In this document: in pieces, positions 20,627 through 31,097 of the stretch
How positions within the stretch are numbered: position 1 is the first letter of the stretch
Layout of the letters: each line of letters begins with the position of its first letter
DNA from: Candidatus Bathyarchaeota archaeon
Lineage (GTDB): Archaea; Thermoproteota; Bathyarchaeia; Bathyarchaeales; Bathycorpusculaceae
NCBI GenBank assembly: GCA_963733095.1
Contig: CAVTBV010000009.1
Coordinates: 192,001-256,000, forward strand
Direction of reading: 5' to 3'
Length of the DNA stretch: 64,000 nt
Translations under genes and position numbers: made by a program
The notes under the pieces: model-generated
Databases searched by the model: none
Seen by the model: the letters and a program-made list of their open reading frames with translations, nothing else
Told to the model about the DNA's origin: nothing

Positions 20627-22482
20627 TAAACGAACGCTCCCCAGCTTGGGAACCACCTGAGATAATTATTGATAAATGAGGTTGAAACTGAGGCGCCTGA
20701 AATTACTGGATAAAAGAGGAGAAACATCGCCACTGTAGCCGCGAATATTGCTATTGCAGCAACTTTACCCAGTCGGGTATTCCAGTACTTGTTGATAAAG
20801 TACGTTGTTGCTAGGCAAATCAGAGGTACGCTGAGGTAGTAGTGATAGATGTAGGTAGCTCTGCCGATGAATACATAGGGTAGCCAAGAGAAAGCGTATA
20901 CCACCACTATGTATATCGCTTGTACATCCCAACCTTTACCTCGAATATTGACCTGCTTGCTTACAGAGGATTTAGAAATTCGGCTCCAAAGGTTCGCTAC
21001 TAACTGTCTGCCGTGGATTGCTCTCTCGGCAAGCACAAGCATGAGCGCAAAACCAACCCACCAAACAACGGGGTTGCCCAAAACTGAAATTGTAGAAACC
21101 GTATTGTTGGGCAGGTAAGTAATGTCAAACCATCTTGGAACCGTGCCTGTGCCCACCATTAAGGGCCAAGACCACCAAGGAGAAGAAGATGGATCAACCA
21201 CTGAGCCTCCATGGAAGCTAAGCATGGCTGACTGCAAGTTAACAATCTTTGTGAACGAGTCACCCAGAAGCATGTCTGGAATATAGGTTGCGAAGTAAAT
21301 GAGCGCTACCAGACCGATGCTGGCTACCAGAAGCAGAAACGGATGGTCAAAGAAACCCACGTACTTGTCAGCTAAGCTGCCCTTTTGCTTCCAGAGGTCC
21401 CTTAAACGAACTGCCACAAGCAACGCAAGCAGTCCTAACGCGGGAAAAAGCGGGAACCCGAACTTTGTGGAAAACCCAAGTGCAAAGAAAACCACCGCCA
21501 ACATCAGCGGCCAAACCGCAGTTTTCTTCCACCCATCTTTAAGCATTTTCATAAAGTAGACTAAGAAGAACAACTGAGAAAGCAACGAGAAAAATATCAG
21601 GTAAGTATCGACTGTGCCGATTCGCGCCATGGTAAAGTGCATAAAATCGAAAGTCATCAAAAACGCTGCGGAGAACCCGCCAATCCAGGTGCCGAACAGT
21701 TTCTTACCTAAAAGGAACATAACCACAACTATTAAGGCACCAAATATGACTCCCATTATGCGCCAAGCAAACGGCGTTGCACCAAGGGCTGCTACTCCAA
21801 CCGCCTGGATAAGTTTTCCAAGGTCTGGGTGGGTTCTTTCATCAGGTATTTGGTGGTTAACAAATTGTATAGCGGATCTGGCAAAGTAAACTTCGTCAAA
21901 GTACATTTTGGACATGTATGTTGGTGGAATCTGAAGCGCACCTTGTTCATCAATCAGTTTAGAAAGCGTTGCGTCTGTGTTGTTTTCGCCTGTTATGCCT
22001 TTGATGGGGATTTGTTGGTTGTTTTGGTTTGATATGCCTATTTCGGAGATTTCTATGAAGGGTGAGGGTGTTTGGTCAGTTGGGTTGGGGACTGACCAGT
22101 AAAAGTCTGGTCTTGAATCGTAGGTTTCGGCTGTAACGTTGAACTCGAGATATTGGGTGTTTACGTTGACGGGTGTGTCTACTTGGACCATGTAGTCTGT
22201 GGCTCTGCTCTGAAGATTTTGGGCACGTACGAAACTCCAGTTTCCAGGTGAACCGGAGGACACATCGACTGAGGCGTTTCCGCTTGGAACCCAGAAATAA
22301 ACCGTCTGAACCTGCTGCGTAGAACCCAAATCAACGTAAAACCTCTGTTGTGAGGTACTCTGCCAGTTTGTAAGCGGTGCTTTGACTTCGCCAACGTTCC
22401 AAGTGGCGATGCCAAAAAAGATGATTGCTAACAGAATCATTGTTATGACGTCTTTTTTTGTGAGTCTTAATTCGAAGTTCAT
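20626..22482 (-). CDS. dolichyl-phosphate-mannose-protein mannosyltransferase (PMT/GT39)
   Basis: YFDEVYF, THPDLGK, WSWP, GNP..WW and Y.YHY motifs. Confidence 0.88.
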   Translation of the reverse strand: MNFELRLTKKDVITMILLAIIFFGIATWNVGEVKAPLTNWQSTSQQRFYVDLGSTQQVQTVYFWVPSGNASVDVSSGSPGNWSFVRAQNLQSRATDYMVQVDTPVNVNTQYLEFNVTAETYDSRPDFYWSVPNPTDQTPSPFIEISEIGISNQNNQQIPIKGITGENNTDATLSKLIDEQGALQIPPTYMSKMYFDEVYFARSAIQFVNHQIPDERTHPDLGKLIQAVGVAALGATPFAWRIMGVIFGALIVVVMFLLGKKLFGTWIGGFSAAFLMTFDFMHFTMARIGTVDTYLIFFSLLSQLFFLVYFMKMLKDGWKKTAVWPLMLAVVFFALGFSTKFGFPLFPALGLLALLVAVRLRDLWKQKGSLADKYVGFFDHPFLLLVASIGLVALIYFATYIPDMLLGDSFTKIVNLQSAMLSFHGGSVVDPSSSPWWSWPLMVGTGTVPRWFDITYLPNNTVSTISVLGNPVVWWVGFALMLVLAERAIHGRQLVANLWSRISKSSVSKQVNIRGKGWDVQAIYIVVVYAFSWLPYVFIGRATYIYHYYLSVPLICLATTYFINKYWNTRLGKVAAIAIFAATVAMFLLFYPVISGASVSTSFINNYLRWFPSWGAFV

Positions 22483-22488
22483 GTTGGC

Positions 22489-23724
22489 TCAACTCTCGCT
22501 TGAATTTGGCTTGATGGCTCCAGAGTCAGGTTCCGCTTTGAGCCATCCGTGTCCTTTTAGCTCATGCCACAACAGTATGGAAGCATAAGCAAGCATTAAT
22601 AAATTAATAGCGCTAACAGCCAAGATTACGGGGTCCCAAGGAAAATCAGAAGGATACCCAGTATTGAGCCAATTGAGAACCACAGCTTGATTGAGAAAAA
22701 GCGTTACAGTTAATGTGGCATAAATTAAGCGCGTTTTTTTAATAAGTGGAAACATTAAAGCTAACATGCTTATCGCTGGAAACATGTAGCGCTCATGAAT
22801 CCGTGTGGGCAACATAAAAAAGCAGAACAGCAGCATGAACGCTGCGAAAATCGCCAAATAATCGCCTGAAACGTGAAAACGCTTGTGCACAACATACAGC
22901 GTGAAGGCTGCTAATGCCCCAAACAAAACCCAACCTACAACATAGAGACTGCCGTCATGCACCCATGATAAACCAAGCAAACCCCACAAGTTAAAAGCAT
23001 TAACTGAACCATAGTTATAATAGGTGTAGCCAGAGGAGTAAATATTCGTTAGAAAAGAAATTGATACGCCTTCAAAGGGCAAAACAACAACAAAAACCGT
23101 TGCTGCGAATGCAAGCACAGAAAACAATAGTTTTCTCACCCCATTCTTCTTGTAAATCAACAGGACAATCAGTGGGAGCAGTGCGATACCCTGTGGTTTA
23201 GTTAAAAGCCCTATCGCAAACACAACTGCAGAGGGTACTGGTTTAGATTTCAATGCAAGCATAACTGACAGCACAAGGAAGAAGGTATAGACTGCGTCAA
23301 ATTGCCCCCAAACCGCTGCGTTATAGATTACTGCAGGGTTAAACGTGTAGAGCGCTGTGGATACAAGGGCTACTTTAAAGGATGCCTGTTTTCTAGCAAA
23401 AACGAAAATTAGCAGTGCCGTCGCTAAATCAAAAAGGTTTGGAACAACCTTAACCATCGCTGCCATGTTCAGGTTAAAAGCGTTGGCAAGTGAGCCGAAC
23501 GCCCAGAAGATGTAAACGTTAAAGGGAGGGTAATCGGCGAAGCCTGCTACGGAATAGAACGGTCTTATACCATGCTGAGAGGCAGTTGTAAACCAAGAGA
23601 TAAAATCTCCTGTGTCAGTTGGAAATCCTTGCATGGGAAACAGTAGAGCCCTGACTAAGGCGGAAATAGCAAGCACCACAGCTAAAATAACAGCTTCGCG
23701 CCTGGCAAACGAGAAGTTAACCAC
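22489..23724 (-). CDS. GT-C fold lipid-linked glycosyltransferase (GT87/PMT-associated)
   Basis: DYPP, WGQFD, KPQ and HERY motifs; multi-TM; GTG start at 23724 preferred over the longer ORF. Confidence 0.8.
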   Translation of the reverse strand: MVNFSFARREAVILAVVLAISALVRALLFPMQGFPTDTGDFISWFTTASQHGIRPFYSVAGFADYPPFNVYIFWAFGSLANAFNLNMAAMVKVVPNLFDLATALLIFVFARKQASFKVALVSTALYTFNPAVIYNAAVWGQFDAVYTFFLVLSVMLALKSKPVPSAVVFAIGLLTKPQGIALLPLIVLLIYKKNGVRKLLFSVLAFAATVFVVVLPFEGVSISFLTNIYSSGYTYYNYGSVNAFNLWGLLGLSWVHDGSLYVVGWVLFGALAAFTLYVVHKRFHVSGDYLAIFAAFMLLFCFFMLPTRIHERYMFPAISMLALMFPLIKKTRLIYATLTVTLFLNQAVVLNWLNTGYPSDFPWDPVILAVSAINLLMLAYASILLWHELKGHGWLKAEPDSGAIKPNSSES

Positions 23725-24135
23725 GGTTCCCCTCTCGGAGAAATACTCACTGCCAAAGCATAAGAAGCTTTTTCCAAAATCCATCTTTAGATTATATTGA
23801 TGCCGATAGTTTGTAGAAGCCCTTATTTTTTTACCACGAGCATGAAGATTTTTGAAGTTGTTGTTGTTAAGCAATGCAGCAGCATTTCAGCCCTTCACTA
23901 CTCGGTGCCCGAAGCGCTCGCTACTAACATGAGCCAAGAACTCAATTCAAACATTCTTTAAATTAATCCCTTTCTCAATAAAAATGAGCCGCTTAAACAA
24001 ATATCATTAATTAAAATAGCTTTATTTGAGTGGGGATTCAATTTGATTTCCCACATAAAACACCCAAGGATTGGAGTTCCACTCCTGTCAAAATCATATA
24101 ACAGTAACTAATTAGATTTCGTCCCAAGTGTTTGC

Positions 24136-25797
24136 TTATTTCCAAGCCTTTTCTATATATTCACTTAACATTCTTTTAGTGTTATAATAAGAAGCCAGCG
24201 AAATAGAATTTTTTTGCATTTCTACCCATTTTTCGTGGTTACTGTAAAATGTGGGCATTACCTTTTGTTCTAATACGTTGTATAAGCCGAGAGCATTTTG
24301 AAAATCTGTTTCATGTTGGTAACCAAAAGCCCAGCCTATTTTGCCTTCTTTTGTTTTGAATTCTTCATCTATCCATCCGTCCCAAGAACTAACATTTATA
24401 ACTCCGTTTGGAAGGGCTTTCATTCCGCTAGTTCCTGAGGCTTCATTGGGCGGTCGTGGAGTATTCAATAGAACATCAACACCCGCGATCAACGTGGGGC
24501 TGATTTCCATCCCGTAGTTTTCAATAAAAATGGTTGGGATCGCTCCATTAATTATTCGGCTCTCTTCATGAATCTTTGTTATTGCCTCTTTGCCATAGCC
24601 ATCTCTCGGATGGGCTTTTCCAGCCATTAGAATTTGGATTTTTCCCGATCCAATAAGTTTAAGCCTTTCTCTCTCGGTGAAAATCAATGTTGGTCTTTTA
24701 TATTCAGCTATTCTTCTAAACCAACCTAGAGTCAGTTTGTTCCTATCCAAATCTATTCCATATTCATCTTCAATGAAGTCCAATAAAATTATCTTGTTTT
24801 CTAAGTGAGCTTTCCATACTTCGTCATTGGGTAATCTCAGGGCATCTTTTAATTTTTCTGGGTTCTCTTCCCAACCAGGAAAATGCCTATCAAATAACCC
24901 TTTAAAACTACCACTGGTCCATGTCCCAAGATGTACAGCATTGGTAATATAATCTATATTTTTATTAGGAAACATATCTCGGGCTGCTTCAGCATTTTTT
25001 TTAGAAACACCGTTCTGATAATCGCTTAAACTCATGGCAAGTTTTGTCATGTTTAAACAGTTTGCCTGTTCACCGTATTCTTTAATTTTGTCTAATGGAA
25101 AAGAATCTTTTAGAATGCGCTCAACCAATCTCATAGGAAATATTTCGTGTCCCGCGGGAACTAAAGTATGAGTTGTGAAGCTAAATTTTTTCTTTGTTTT
25201 ATCCTCATCCCAATTGTATTTATTTGCAAGTTCTAATGTTGCAAGCGCCGTATGACCTTCGTTCATGTGGTACTTTCGTATATTGTACCCTAGCTTTTCT
25301 AAAAATCTAACTCCACCGATTCCAAGGACTACTTCTTGTTTGAATCTATGGCTTTGGTGTTCGTCGTATGTAGTGGATTTGCCCTTCCAATAGCAATTCT
25401 CACTGATTTCTTTATCTTCTGTAGCATTCTCACTTAATCTAGTGTCAAGAAAATATATCAAGACTTTATTGTTATGTCCATTTTTAATGACATACTCTTC
25501 TGCACCAATTGTAACGTCTCTATCTTCAATTTTTACCTTGACCTTTTCATCCCTTTTTCTCAACACACCGAAGGGATTTGACCTTTTTAGCACTTCTTTT
25601 TGCTGGTAATTTTCAATTTTTTGTTCAAAATACCCTTTATGATGTCTTAATGACACACCCACTAACGGAAAATTTAGTTCAGCTGCACCTTTTATTGTAT
25701 CTCCCGCTAAAACACCAAGCCCTCCACAACAGGTGGGAAGGCGAGCGTTTACGCCGATTTCCATTGAAAGATAAGCGACACTATCCGTATATGACAT
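24136..25797 (-). CDS. glgP: alpha-glucan (glycogen/maltodextrin) phosphorylase
   Basis: GGLGVLAGD, NEGH, FTTHT, RR...YKR, AGKAHP and EASGTSGMK (PLP lysine) motifs. Confidence 0.92.
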   Translation of the reverse strand: MSYTDSVAYLSMEIGVNARLPTCCGGLGVLAGDTIKGAAELNFPLVGVSLRHHKGYFEQKIENYQQKEVLKRSNPFGVLRKRDEKVKVKIEDRDVTIGAEEYVIKNGHNNKVLIYFLDTRLSENATEDKEISENCYWKGKSTTYDEHQSHRFKQEVVLGIGGVRFLEKLGYNIRKYHMNEGHTALATLELANKYNWDEDKTKKKFSFTTHTLVPAGHEIFPMRLVERILKDSFPLDKIKEYGEQANCLNMTKLAMSLSDYQNGVSKKNAEAARDMFPNKNIDYITNAVHLGTWTSGSFKGLFDRHFPGWEENPEKLKDALRLPNDEVWKAHLENKIILLDFIEDEYGIDLDRNKLTLGWFRRIAEYKRPTLIFTERERLKLIGSGKIQILMAGKAHPRDGYGKEAITKIHEESRIINGAIPTIFIENYGMEISPTLIAGVDVLLNTPRPPNEASGTSGMKALPNGVINVSSWDGWIDEEFKTKEGKIGWAFGYQHETDFQNALGLYNVLEQKVMPTFYSNHEKWVEMQKNSISLASYYNTKRMLSEYIEKAWK

Positions 25798-26075
25798 AGA
25801 TAGGGATGTAATTACTACAAAAATAATAAAGCTTTACACGCAAAAGCATAATCCTGTTATTTTTTGTGAACCTGAAGTTTATTCTTAGATTATAACCTCA
25901 ACAGTAAGTTTACAATACATTACTTTCTGTAACCATTACTCACCAGTTTCTTCTTTATGTGACTTGACGTAAGGTCGTTGGCGGGATTAGTAACAGAATG
26001 CTGTAACAAGTTAAGGAATTTAGTCACCACAAAAAGGGCGCAGATAAAACCCCTTCAATGAATTAGGAGCAGATT

Positions 26076-26091
26076 TGGAGCCTTCGGCGGG
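26076..26091. repeat. att site: copy of tRNA-Thr 3' end
   Basis: Identical to 32253-32268. Confidence 0.85.
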
Positions 26092-26877
26092 TATTCTAGC
26101 TACAGAAACACAGTCTTATGCTGTGTTAAGAAGTACCATTACTTGCTTAAGGCAGATAGCAATCTTAGAGAATTAGAGCTACGCAGCAATGATGTTAAGA
26201 GTAGTATTGCTAAGTCTCTGTTGTTATTCTCAAAGTTTAACGGTTGCTACTCACAGTTTAAGGCAAGGCTATCTGAGTATGGGATAAATCTGTACAGACC
26301 TGACAGTCTGAATGCTTTTCTAAGAATACTTGGCGCCACCAACTCAAACATCTTAGAGTATTATAATGAAGTTACTCCATTGCTTAGAGATAATGAGCAG
26401 TTATTTGCAAAGTTTCTCTTGCAAAGTGGCTTGAGGGTTAGTGAGGGAATTGAGAGCTTTAACCTGATAATTCAGCTAGCACGTAACAATAAGCTATTAG
26501 ACTATTATGATGAGAACTTAAGCTGTTTAATGCACTTCAAATATCCAACGCTCTTCATCAGACACACTAAGAATGCATTTATCACCTTCATCAGCAAAGA
26601 TTTCTTGGAGCAAATAGCAGAGAGCCAGCCAGTTACTTACTTTAGCATTAGAAAGAGGTTAGAGAGAAACAAGAAGCCTTTGAGGCTCAATGAGTTTAGA
26701 GACTACTTTGGAACAACCTTAGTCAATAATGGAATCTTAGACCGAACAGAACTTAGTCTGCGGAAGAATACCAATTAGCATATTTTCAGCAGACACTATT
26801 GGAGCCCTAAGCTCAAAGAATTGGGAGAAAGAATCTTTGCTGCTACTTCTAAAATAGGCGTAACAGTAACTTGCTAA
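26092..26877 (+). pseudogene. tyrosine integrase C-terminal part, frameshifted
   Basis: SGLRVSE, TK.AFITF and LR..F.T motifs; continuation CGRIP.SIF / RHYWSPKL appears in other frames after about 26740. Confidence 0.8.
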
Positions 26878-27039
26878 AACCATTCTAAGTCTTGACCATG
26901 CCAATCATTGTCCTCTGATTTTATAGGCTAAGTTACCTGTTCAAAATGCTTGATGTCTAAGACGAAAAAGTATCATAAACAGATATTGAGACGTCAGACC
27001 TGATTTTAGATAGAAGCTTAAGTTAGAATCGAACTGCTT

Positions 27040-27378
27040 TTATTTCATAAATGAGTCTGCAGAATTAATTTGCCTTAATTCGTGCTCCAAACAATCAGTA
27101 AGAGTGGAATCTTGTTTTATAAGGATAATAATTTTCTCCTTAAACTGGAAGGTATGTGCTTCAACATTTTTGTTGTCAAAACCTGCTCCATTTTTTTCAA
27201 CTCTAGTGTTTATCATATTAGGAGTTGTCTGCAACAAATTCGCCATACGCAAAAAGTCTCTATCATCAAATGTGAAGGCATAAATTTCTGGCATTGGTTT
27301 ATCTGAAATCTTTTTCCAAACACTTTCAAGAATTCTATCAGAAACTGGATTGGTAGATGGAAGTTGAGGTAATTGCAA
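27040..27378 (-). CDS. hypothetical protein (possible zincin-like LEHEL motif)
   Basis: 112-aa ORF inside the element. Confidence 0.5.
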   Translation of the reverse strand: MQLPQLPSTNPVSDRILESVWKKISDKPMPEIYAFTFDDRDFLRMANLLQTTPNMINTRVEKNGAGFDNKNVEAHTFQFKEKIIILIKQDSTLTDCLEHELRQINSADSFMK

Positions 27379-27496
27379 ATTGATACCCTCGCATTTATTG
27401 CTAGAGTATGCTTATAAACCAATTGTTTAAGGTGTTACGGATCGTAACTAGTACATTAACTGGAGGTTGGAGAGATTAACAACTGCTTTCTTCCGA

Positions 27497-27787
27497 CTAG
27501 ATTTTTTCATCTATGGTAATCTGATGAATTTTGCCCAGTTTCTTCTCTATGGTTATGCCAATGTTTCTTCCAATATAAGGTGCAAAGATTTCCTCAACGG
27601 ATAAAACATCTTCTAATGGAAATGGCGGTATTGCACTTTCAGGTTTATGTGGCATGTCAAGAGCTATATATGACTTGCCATTTACGTTAAGCTCTGTAAC
27701 TTTACCGTTATAAACAATTTTTTCCCTGCTTAAACCGTTTCTATACTTTGGAGACAAAGAAAATCTAGTTCTATGCTTTGCAGACAT
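27497..27787 (-). CDS. hypothetical protein
   Basis: 96-aa ORF with ATG start and upstream TTAAAT box. Confidence 0.55.
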   Translation of the reverse strand: MSAKHRTRFSLSPKYRNGLSREKIVYNGKVTELNVNGKSYIALDMPHKPESAIPPFPLEDVLSVEEIFAPYIGRNIGITIEKKLGKIHQITIDEKI

Positions 27788-27980
27788 AATTAGCCTATTT
27801 CTATGCTGTGCAGATTTAAGACTTGTTAATTATTCAACAAAAATCCTTTCTGTTCAGTTCTTGCGCTTTTGCATCACTCTAAACTTAGACTTAGAATAGA
27901 TTCTTAGCACTATTCTATTCTACTGGAACAATCAGGTATTAACAAACTAGAGTATGATAAAAAAAGTGAAAGCGGCTATC

Positions 27981-28265
27981 TTATTTGGGAGGATGAAGAT
28001 ACATATGTAACTGAGCTTTTGAAACTTGAACTTCAACTCTATCCTTAGATGTGCTCTTAGAAGCTGGCGCAACAGCTGAAATTGCCAGAGTATTATAGAA
28101 CGATTTCTCTGCACCAAGCAACTCTTTAGTCGCTTCTTTAGTCATTTTTATTGCAAGATGAGTTATTTTCCACTCTTCTGGATCTAAAATGATATCCGTG
28201 ATAATGCCCAGTTTTAGATTTTCACAATAGACCTCTTTATAGAGCAATTCATAACGAAATTTCAT
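27981..28265 (-). CDS. PRC-barrel domain protein
   Basis: L..KEV....KLG.ITDIILD..EWKITHL pattern; ATG at 28265. Confidence 0.75.
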   Translation of the reverse strand: MKFRYELLYKEVYCENLKLGIITDIILDPEEWKITHLAIKMTKEATKELLGAEKSFYNTLAISAVAPASKSTSKDRVEVQVSKAQLHMYLHPPK

Positions 28266-28364
28266 AAAATAAACCACGCTCTTAATAGATATATACTCTA
28301 TTTTCTTTATAAGATTTGCGAAATTGTGAAAAACTTGGCTAATTATGATTGATCTGAACAAACC

Positions 28365-28511
28365 ATGATGCTTGTGGACACTTTATTGGGTGGATTCAAA
28401 CACTGCCCAAAATGCCACATTTACCTCTGTGGTCTATGCTCATATCAACTGATGAGTATACAAAGTAAATTTCCAATAGAGTGCCTAATGTGCAGAGGAA
28501 TACTAAGTTAA
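28365..28511 (+). CDS. small Cys-rich zinc-finger/RING-like peptide (possibly 5' frameshifted)
   Basis: MMLVDTLLGGFKHCPKCHIYLCGLCSYQLMSIQSKFPIECLMCRGILS; below the ORF-track length cutoff. Confidence 0.5.
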   Translation: MMLVDTLLGGFKHCPKCHIYLCGLCSYQLMSIQSKFPIECLMCRGILS

Positions 28512-28701
28512 GCAATTTGCCATTTGCTTTAGTTCGTAACTTTTTGATTCTATACATTTAATGCCTTGATTAGCTCTTCCCTTGTTTCAGGCAATCTAGA
28601 TTTGATGATGCTTGAGACGTAAGACCTGCTTTAGATAGAAAATAAAAACTGGAGCAATGGCTAAGATTCCCACTTCTATGAGTATTTCTTTGTATGTCAT
28701 T

Positions 28702-28998
28702 TCAACTTGCATGAATGGTTGACTGAATAGTCTTGTAATAGGCTTCTTCACCTATTGTTTCCTTAATAATCTTCTTCTCTATTTTCTTCTCTTCCACTAA
28801 TTTATCTAAAGCTGTCCTTACTTGTGCAGCAAGCTCATAACTCTTTGCCTCTTTTGTGACTTCGTACCCCAAACCATTCATTATGCTCACAAGACTAAAA
28901 GCAACATTCACGCCATCTTTTTTGTTCAGAAAAGACATTATTCTATCTTCAAGTGGACGTACTTTTCCAGAATCCCATTCATCATTATCAATAGGCAT
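28702..28998 (-). CDS. small winged-helix-like protein
   Basis: AFS...I...L...ALDKLVEEKKIEKK...YY pattern. Confidence 0.6.
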   Translation of the reverse strand: MPIDNDEWDSGKVRPLEDRIMSFLNKKDGVNVAFSLVSIMNGLGYEVTKEAKSYELAAQVRTALDKLVEEKKIEKKIIKETIGEEAYYKTIQSTIHAS

Positions 28999-29113
28999 TT
29001 TTCAACCCAATTCTATTTCTAGCCATTATGCAGATTTAAGATTTACCTTTATGAAAATTGCTTGGCTGAGATTATCCAGTTAAGAGTCAGCACTTAAAAG
29101 GTTAAGCCAAAAG

Positions 29114-29245
29114 TTATCTTGGATTCCTTTTTAGCACTAACGCACTAATTGAGCCTGTTACAATTAGGGCTATTATGATTATCAACGATGGAAACTCTGG
29201 AACTGTTGGAGTTGGAGAAGAGGTGCTAATTTGCTGGTTGTGTTT
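29114..29245 (-). pseudogene. orphan C-terminal VPEF (PEF-CTERM-like) sorting tail
   Basis: SSPTPTVPEFPSLIIIIALIVTGSISALVLKRNPR* with no in-frame start. Confidence 0.6.
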
Positions 29246-29400
29246 CTTTTAAAAACTTTTCTAGTAAAAGAGTTATTGTCGTAACTATTAGTGTCTATCA
29301 TATTAATTGATGTTAATAGTTGTTATTTACATAAGTGGTTGGTGTATTTACTGTGTTTATTAGACTTAGTATTAAATAGTGTGATTAACATATATTTAGT

Positions 29401-29709
29401 GTGAATTATATGGTAGATTTGAATAACTCTAAAAAGAAGTTAGCAGTGAAAGCTACGCCAGTAAAGGAAGTTCCAGAGGGCAAAAAGATAGCTAGAAGAC
29501 CAGAGTATGATGAAGCATTCAAAAAGGTTATGGACAGCCCAGAGAAGATTTTCAAGATTGAAGTGGAAGGCAGGACAGTAAAAACAATGTATGCACCATT
29601 TGCTTCTAGAGTAAAGAGATACAATAAACAATCTGACAGAAAATTCAATGCACAGCTTAAAGTAAGAAGTAAGGAAATCTATATTGTCAAATTAGATAAG
29701 TCAGACTAG
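29401..29709 (+). CDS. basic hypothetical protein, possibly DNA-binding
   Basis: 102 aa, Lys/Arg-rich, with an AT-rich upstream region. Confidence 0.6.
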   Translation: MNYMVDLNNSKKKLAVKATPVKEVPEGKKIARRPEYDEAFKKVMDSPEKIFKIEVEGRTVKTMYAPFASRVKRYNKQSDRKFNAQLKVRSKEIYIVKLDKSD

Positions 29710-29831
29710 AATACTACAGAATATTTTCTTTTGTCCGCTCTTTTCTTTTCACTTCATTTTTCAGCAGAGTTTTCTTTACGCTCCAAAATTAGTTCTTAAT
29801 GGTTGGAAGCTGTCATAGGTGTATTGCAGGT

Positions 29832-30122
29832 TTAGCGCATATTACTTTGGCTTAGGGCGCTATTGGTTTTTTGAAGTTTAATTTTGCCATGAAAAACATG
29901 GTATGAAAAAATAGCAATTATTAAACCTGCAATGCTCATAATAGAGCCAATTAGTAGTTTAGGATAAGTTATAATCACTCCATTGTTTAAGGTATGAATT
30001 TCAGTAGTTGAAAGGGCATTTAAGATTCCACTTACAACCAAAACAACACCAAACAACAGAAGCAAAGGTACAACTATTCCTCTAATAAAATCAATCAAAT
30101 TAAATGAAGAATAAGTTGACAT
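29832..30122 (-). CDS. two-TM membrane protein flanked by direct repeats
   Basis: 96-aa ORF with two hydrophobic helices. Confidence 0.6.
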   Translation of the reverse strand: MSTYSSFNLIDFIRGIVVPLLLLFGVVLVVSGILNALSTTEIHTLNNGVIITYPKLLIGSIMSIAGLIIAIFSYHVFHGKIKLQKTNSALSQSNMR

Positions 30123-30418
30123 AACTCTCGATGATAATTTAGGTTAATACTCTTAAATATTTTTCTAAGAGTATTCATACGCTCCAAATTTGTTCTTTAA
30201 TGGTCACTAAATAGCTCCTCTTGCACTCTGCCCCGCTCCTGTCTCGAGATAGGCACGGATTAGTCGGAACCTGCCCGAACACAATGTATCAAGGCAACGG
30301 TCATATGAATTCTGGATGCATAAGGCTTATGAAAAGTGTATCCTTAGGCTGATTGGGCGGGTTCAGAGGGAACTGCTGGCTCACGCACTTCCACAAACTC
30401 TCAACCTCCCCCTTCTTT

Positions 30419-30552
30419 AAGGCCTTCCGAAATCTAGGGGACATAGTAGAAAAGGCTTATCTGAATTTAGCTTATCATCAGAACATAAAAAAAAATAAAT
30501 AATATTATTTTGATTTCTCTTTCTCTATACGGGTCAATTTGTTAAAGGCCTT
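30419..30552 (+). repeat. ~132-bp MITE-like element, copy 1
   Basis: AAGGCCTT at both ends, imperfect terminal inverted repeats, core CTTATCATCAGAACATAAAAAA shared with copies 2 and 3. Confidence 0.8.
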
Positions 30553-30554
30553 GG

Positions 30555-30683
30555 TTAAGCTTTCCTTTTCGCTTTGCCTACTTCTTCCTGGACCTTGCCT
30601 TCTACTTCTTCAACTTTGCCTTTAATCTGTTCAGTTTTGTCGCCAGTAATTTTACCTAAGCCTTCGCGGACTTTGCCCTTGAA
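30555..30683 (-). pseudogene. CsbD-family stress protein, 5' truncated
   Basis: KGKVREGLGKITGDKTEQIKGKVEEVEGKVQEEVGKAKRKA* with no in-frame start. Confidence 0.7.
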
Positions 30684-30767
30684 GCCTACCCTGATCGTCG
30701 CCTGCTTCGGACTGAGAAATTAGCCCTTAGTTAAAAAAAACTAAACTGTAACTTGAGCCTTTTTGCT

Positions 30768-30998
30768 CTACATGCACTGAAGAGGCGTGCTTGCGGAGAT
30801 TTTCGGTTTATGTCCTTGATTTAGGAGTTCTAGTGCCTCATCGTTTGTTATTCCGAAGGGAAGAATATCTTTGTGAAAATTTTCAACATGTGACCGTACA
30901 ATGGATATGGCTTCACATATGCTGCCTAAGATTTCAAAACTATAACCGCAGGGACATTGACCTTTTAGCTTCCTTCTCAAATCGCTCTCCTCAATCAA
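30768..30998 (-). CDS. small metal-binding protein (CxC...H...H)
   Basis: CPCGYSF...SHVENFH. Confidence 0.6.
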   Translation of the reverse strand: MIEESDLRRKLKGQCPCGYSFEILGSICEAISIVRSHVENFHKDILPFGITNDEALELLNQGHKPKISASTPLQCM

Positions 30999-31097
30999 CT
31001 CAAAGATGTATTTAAAATAAAAAATGAGATATTAACTTCTGTGACTGCACAAGCGCAATCACAACATTATCATTTAGAAAGTTAGTCCAAGCCAACC

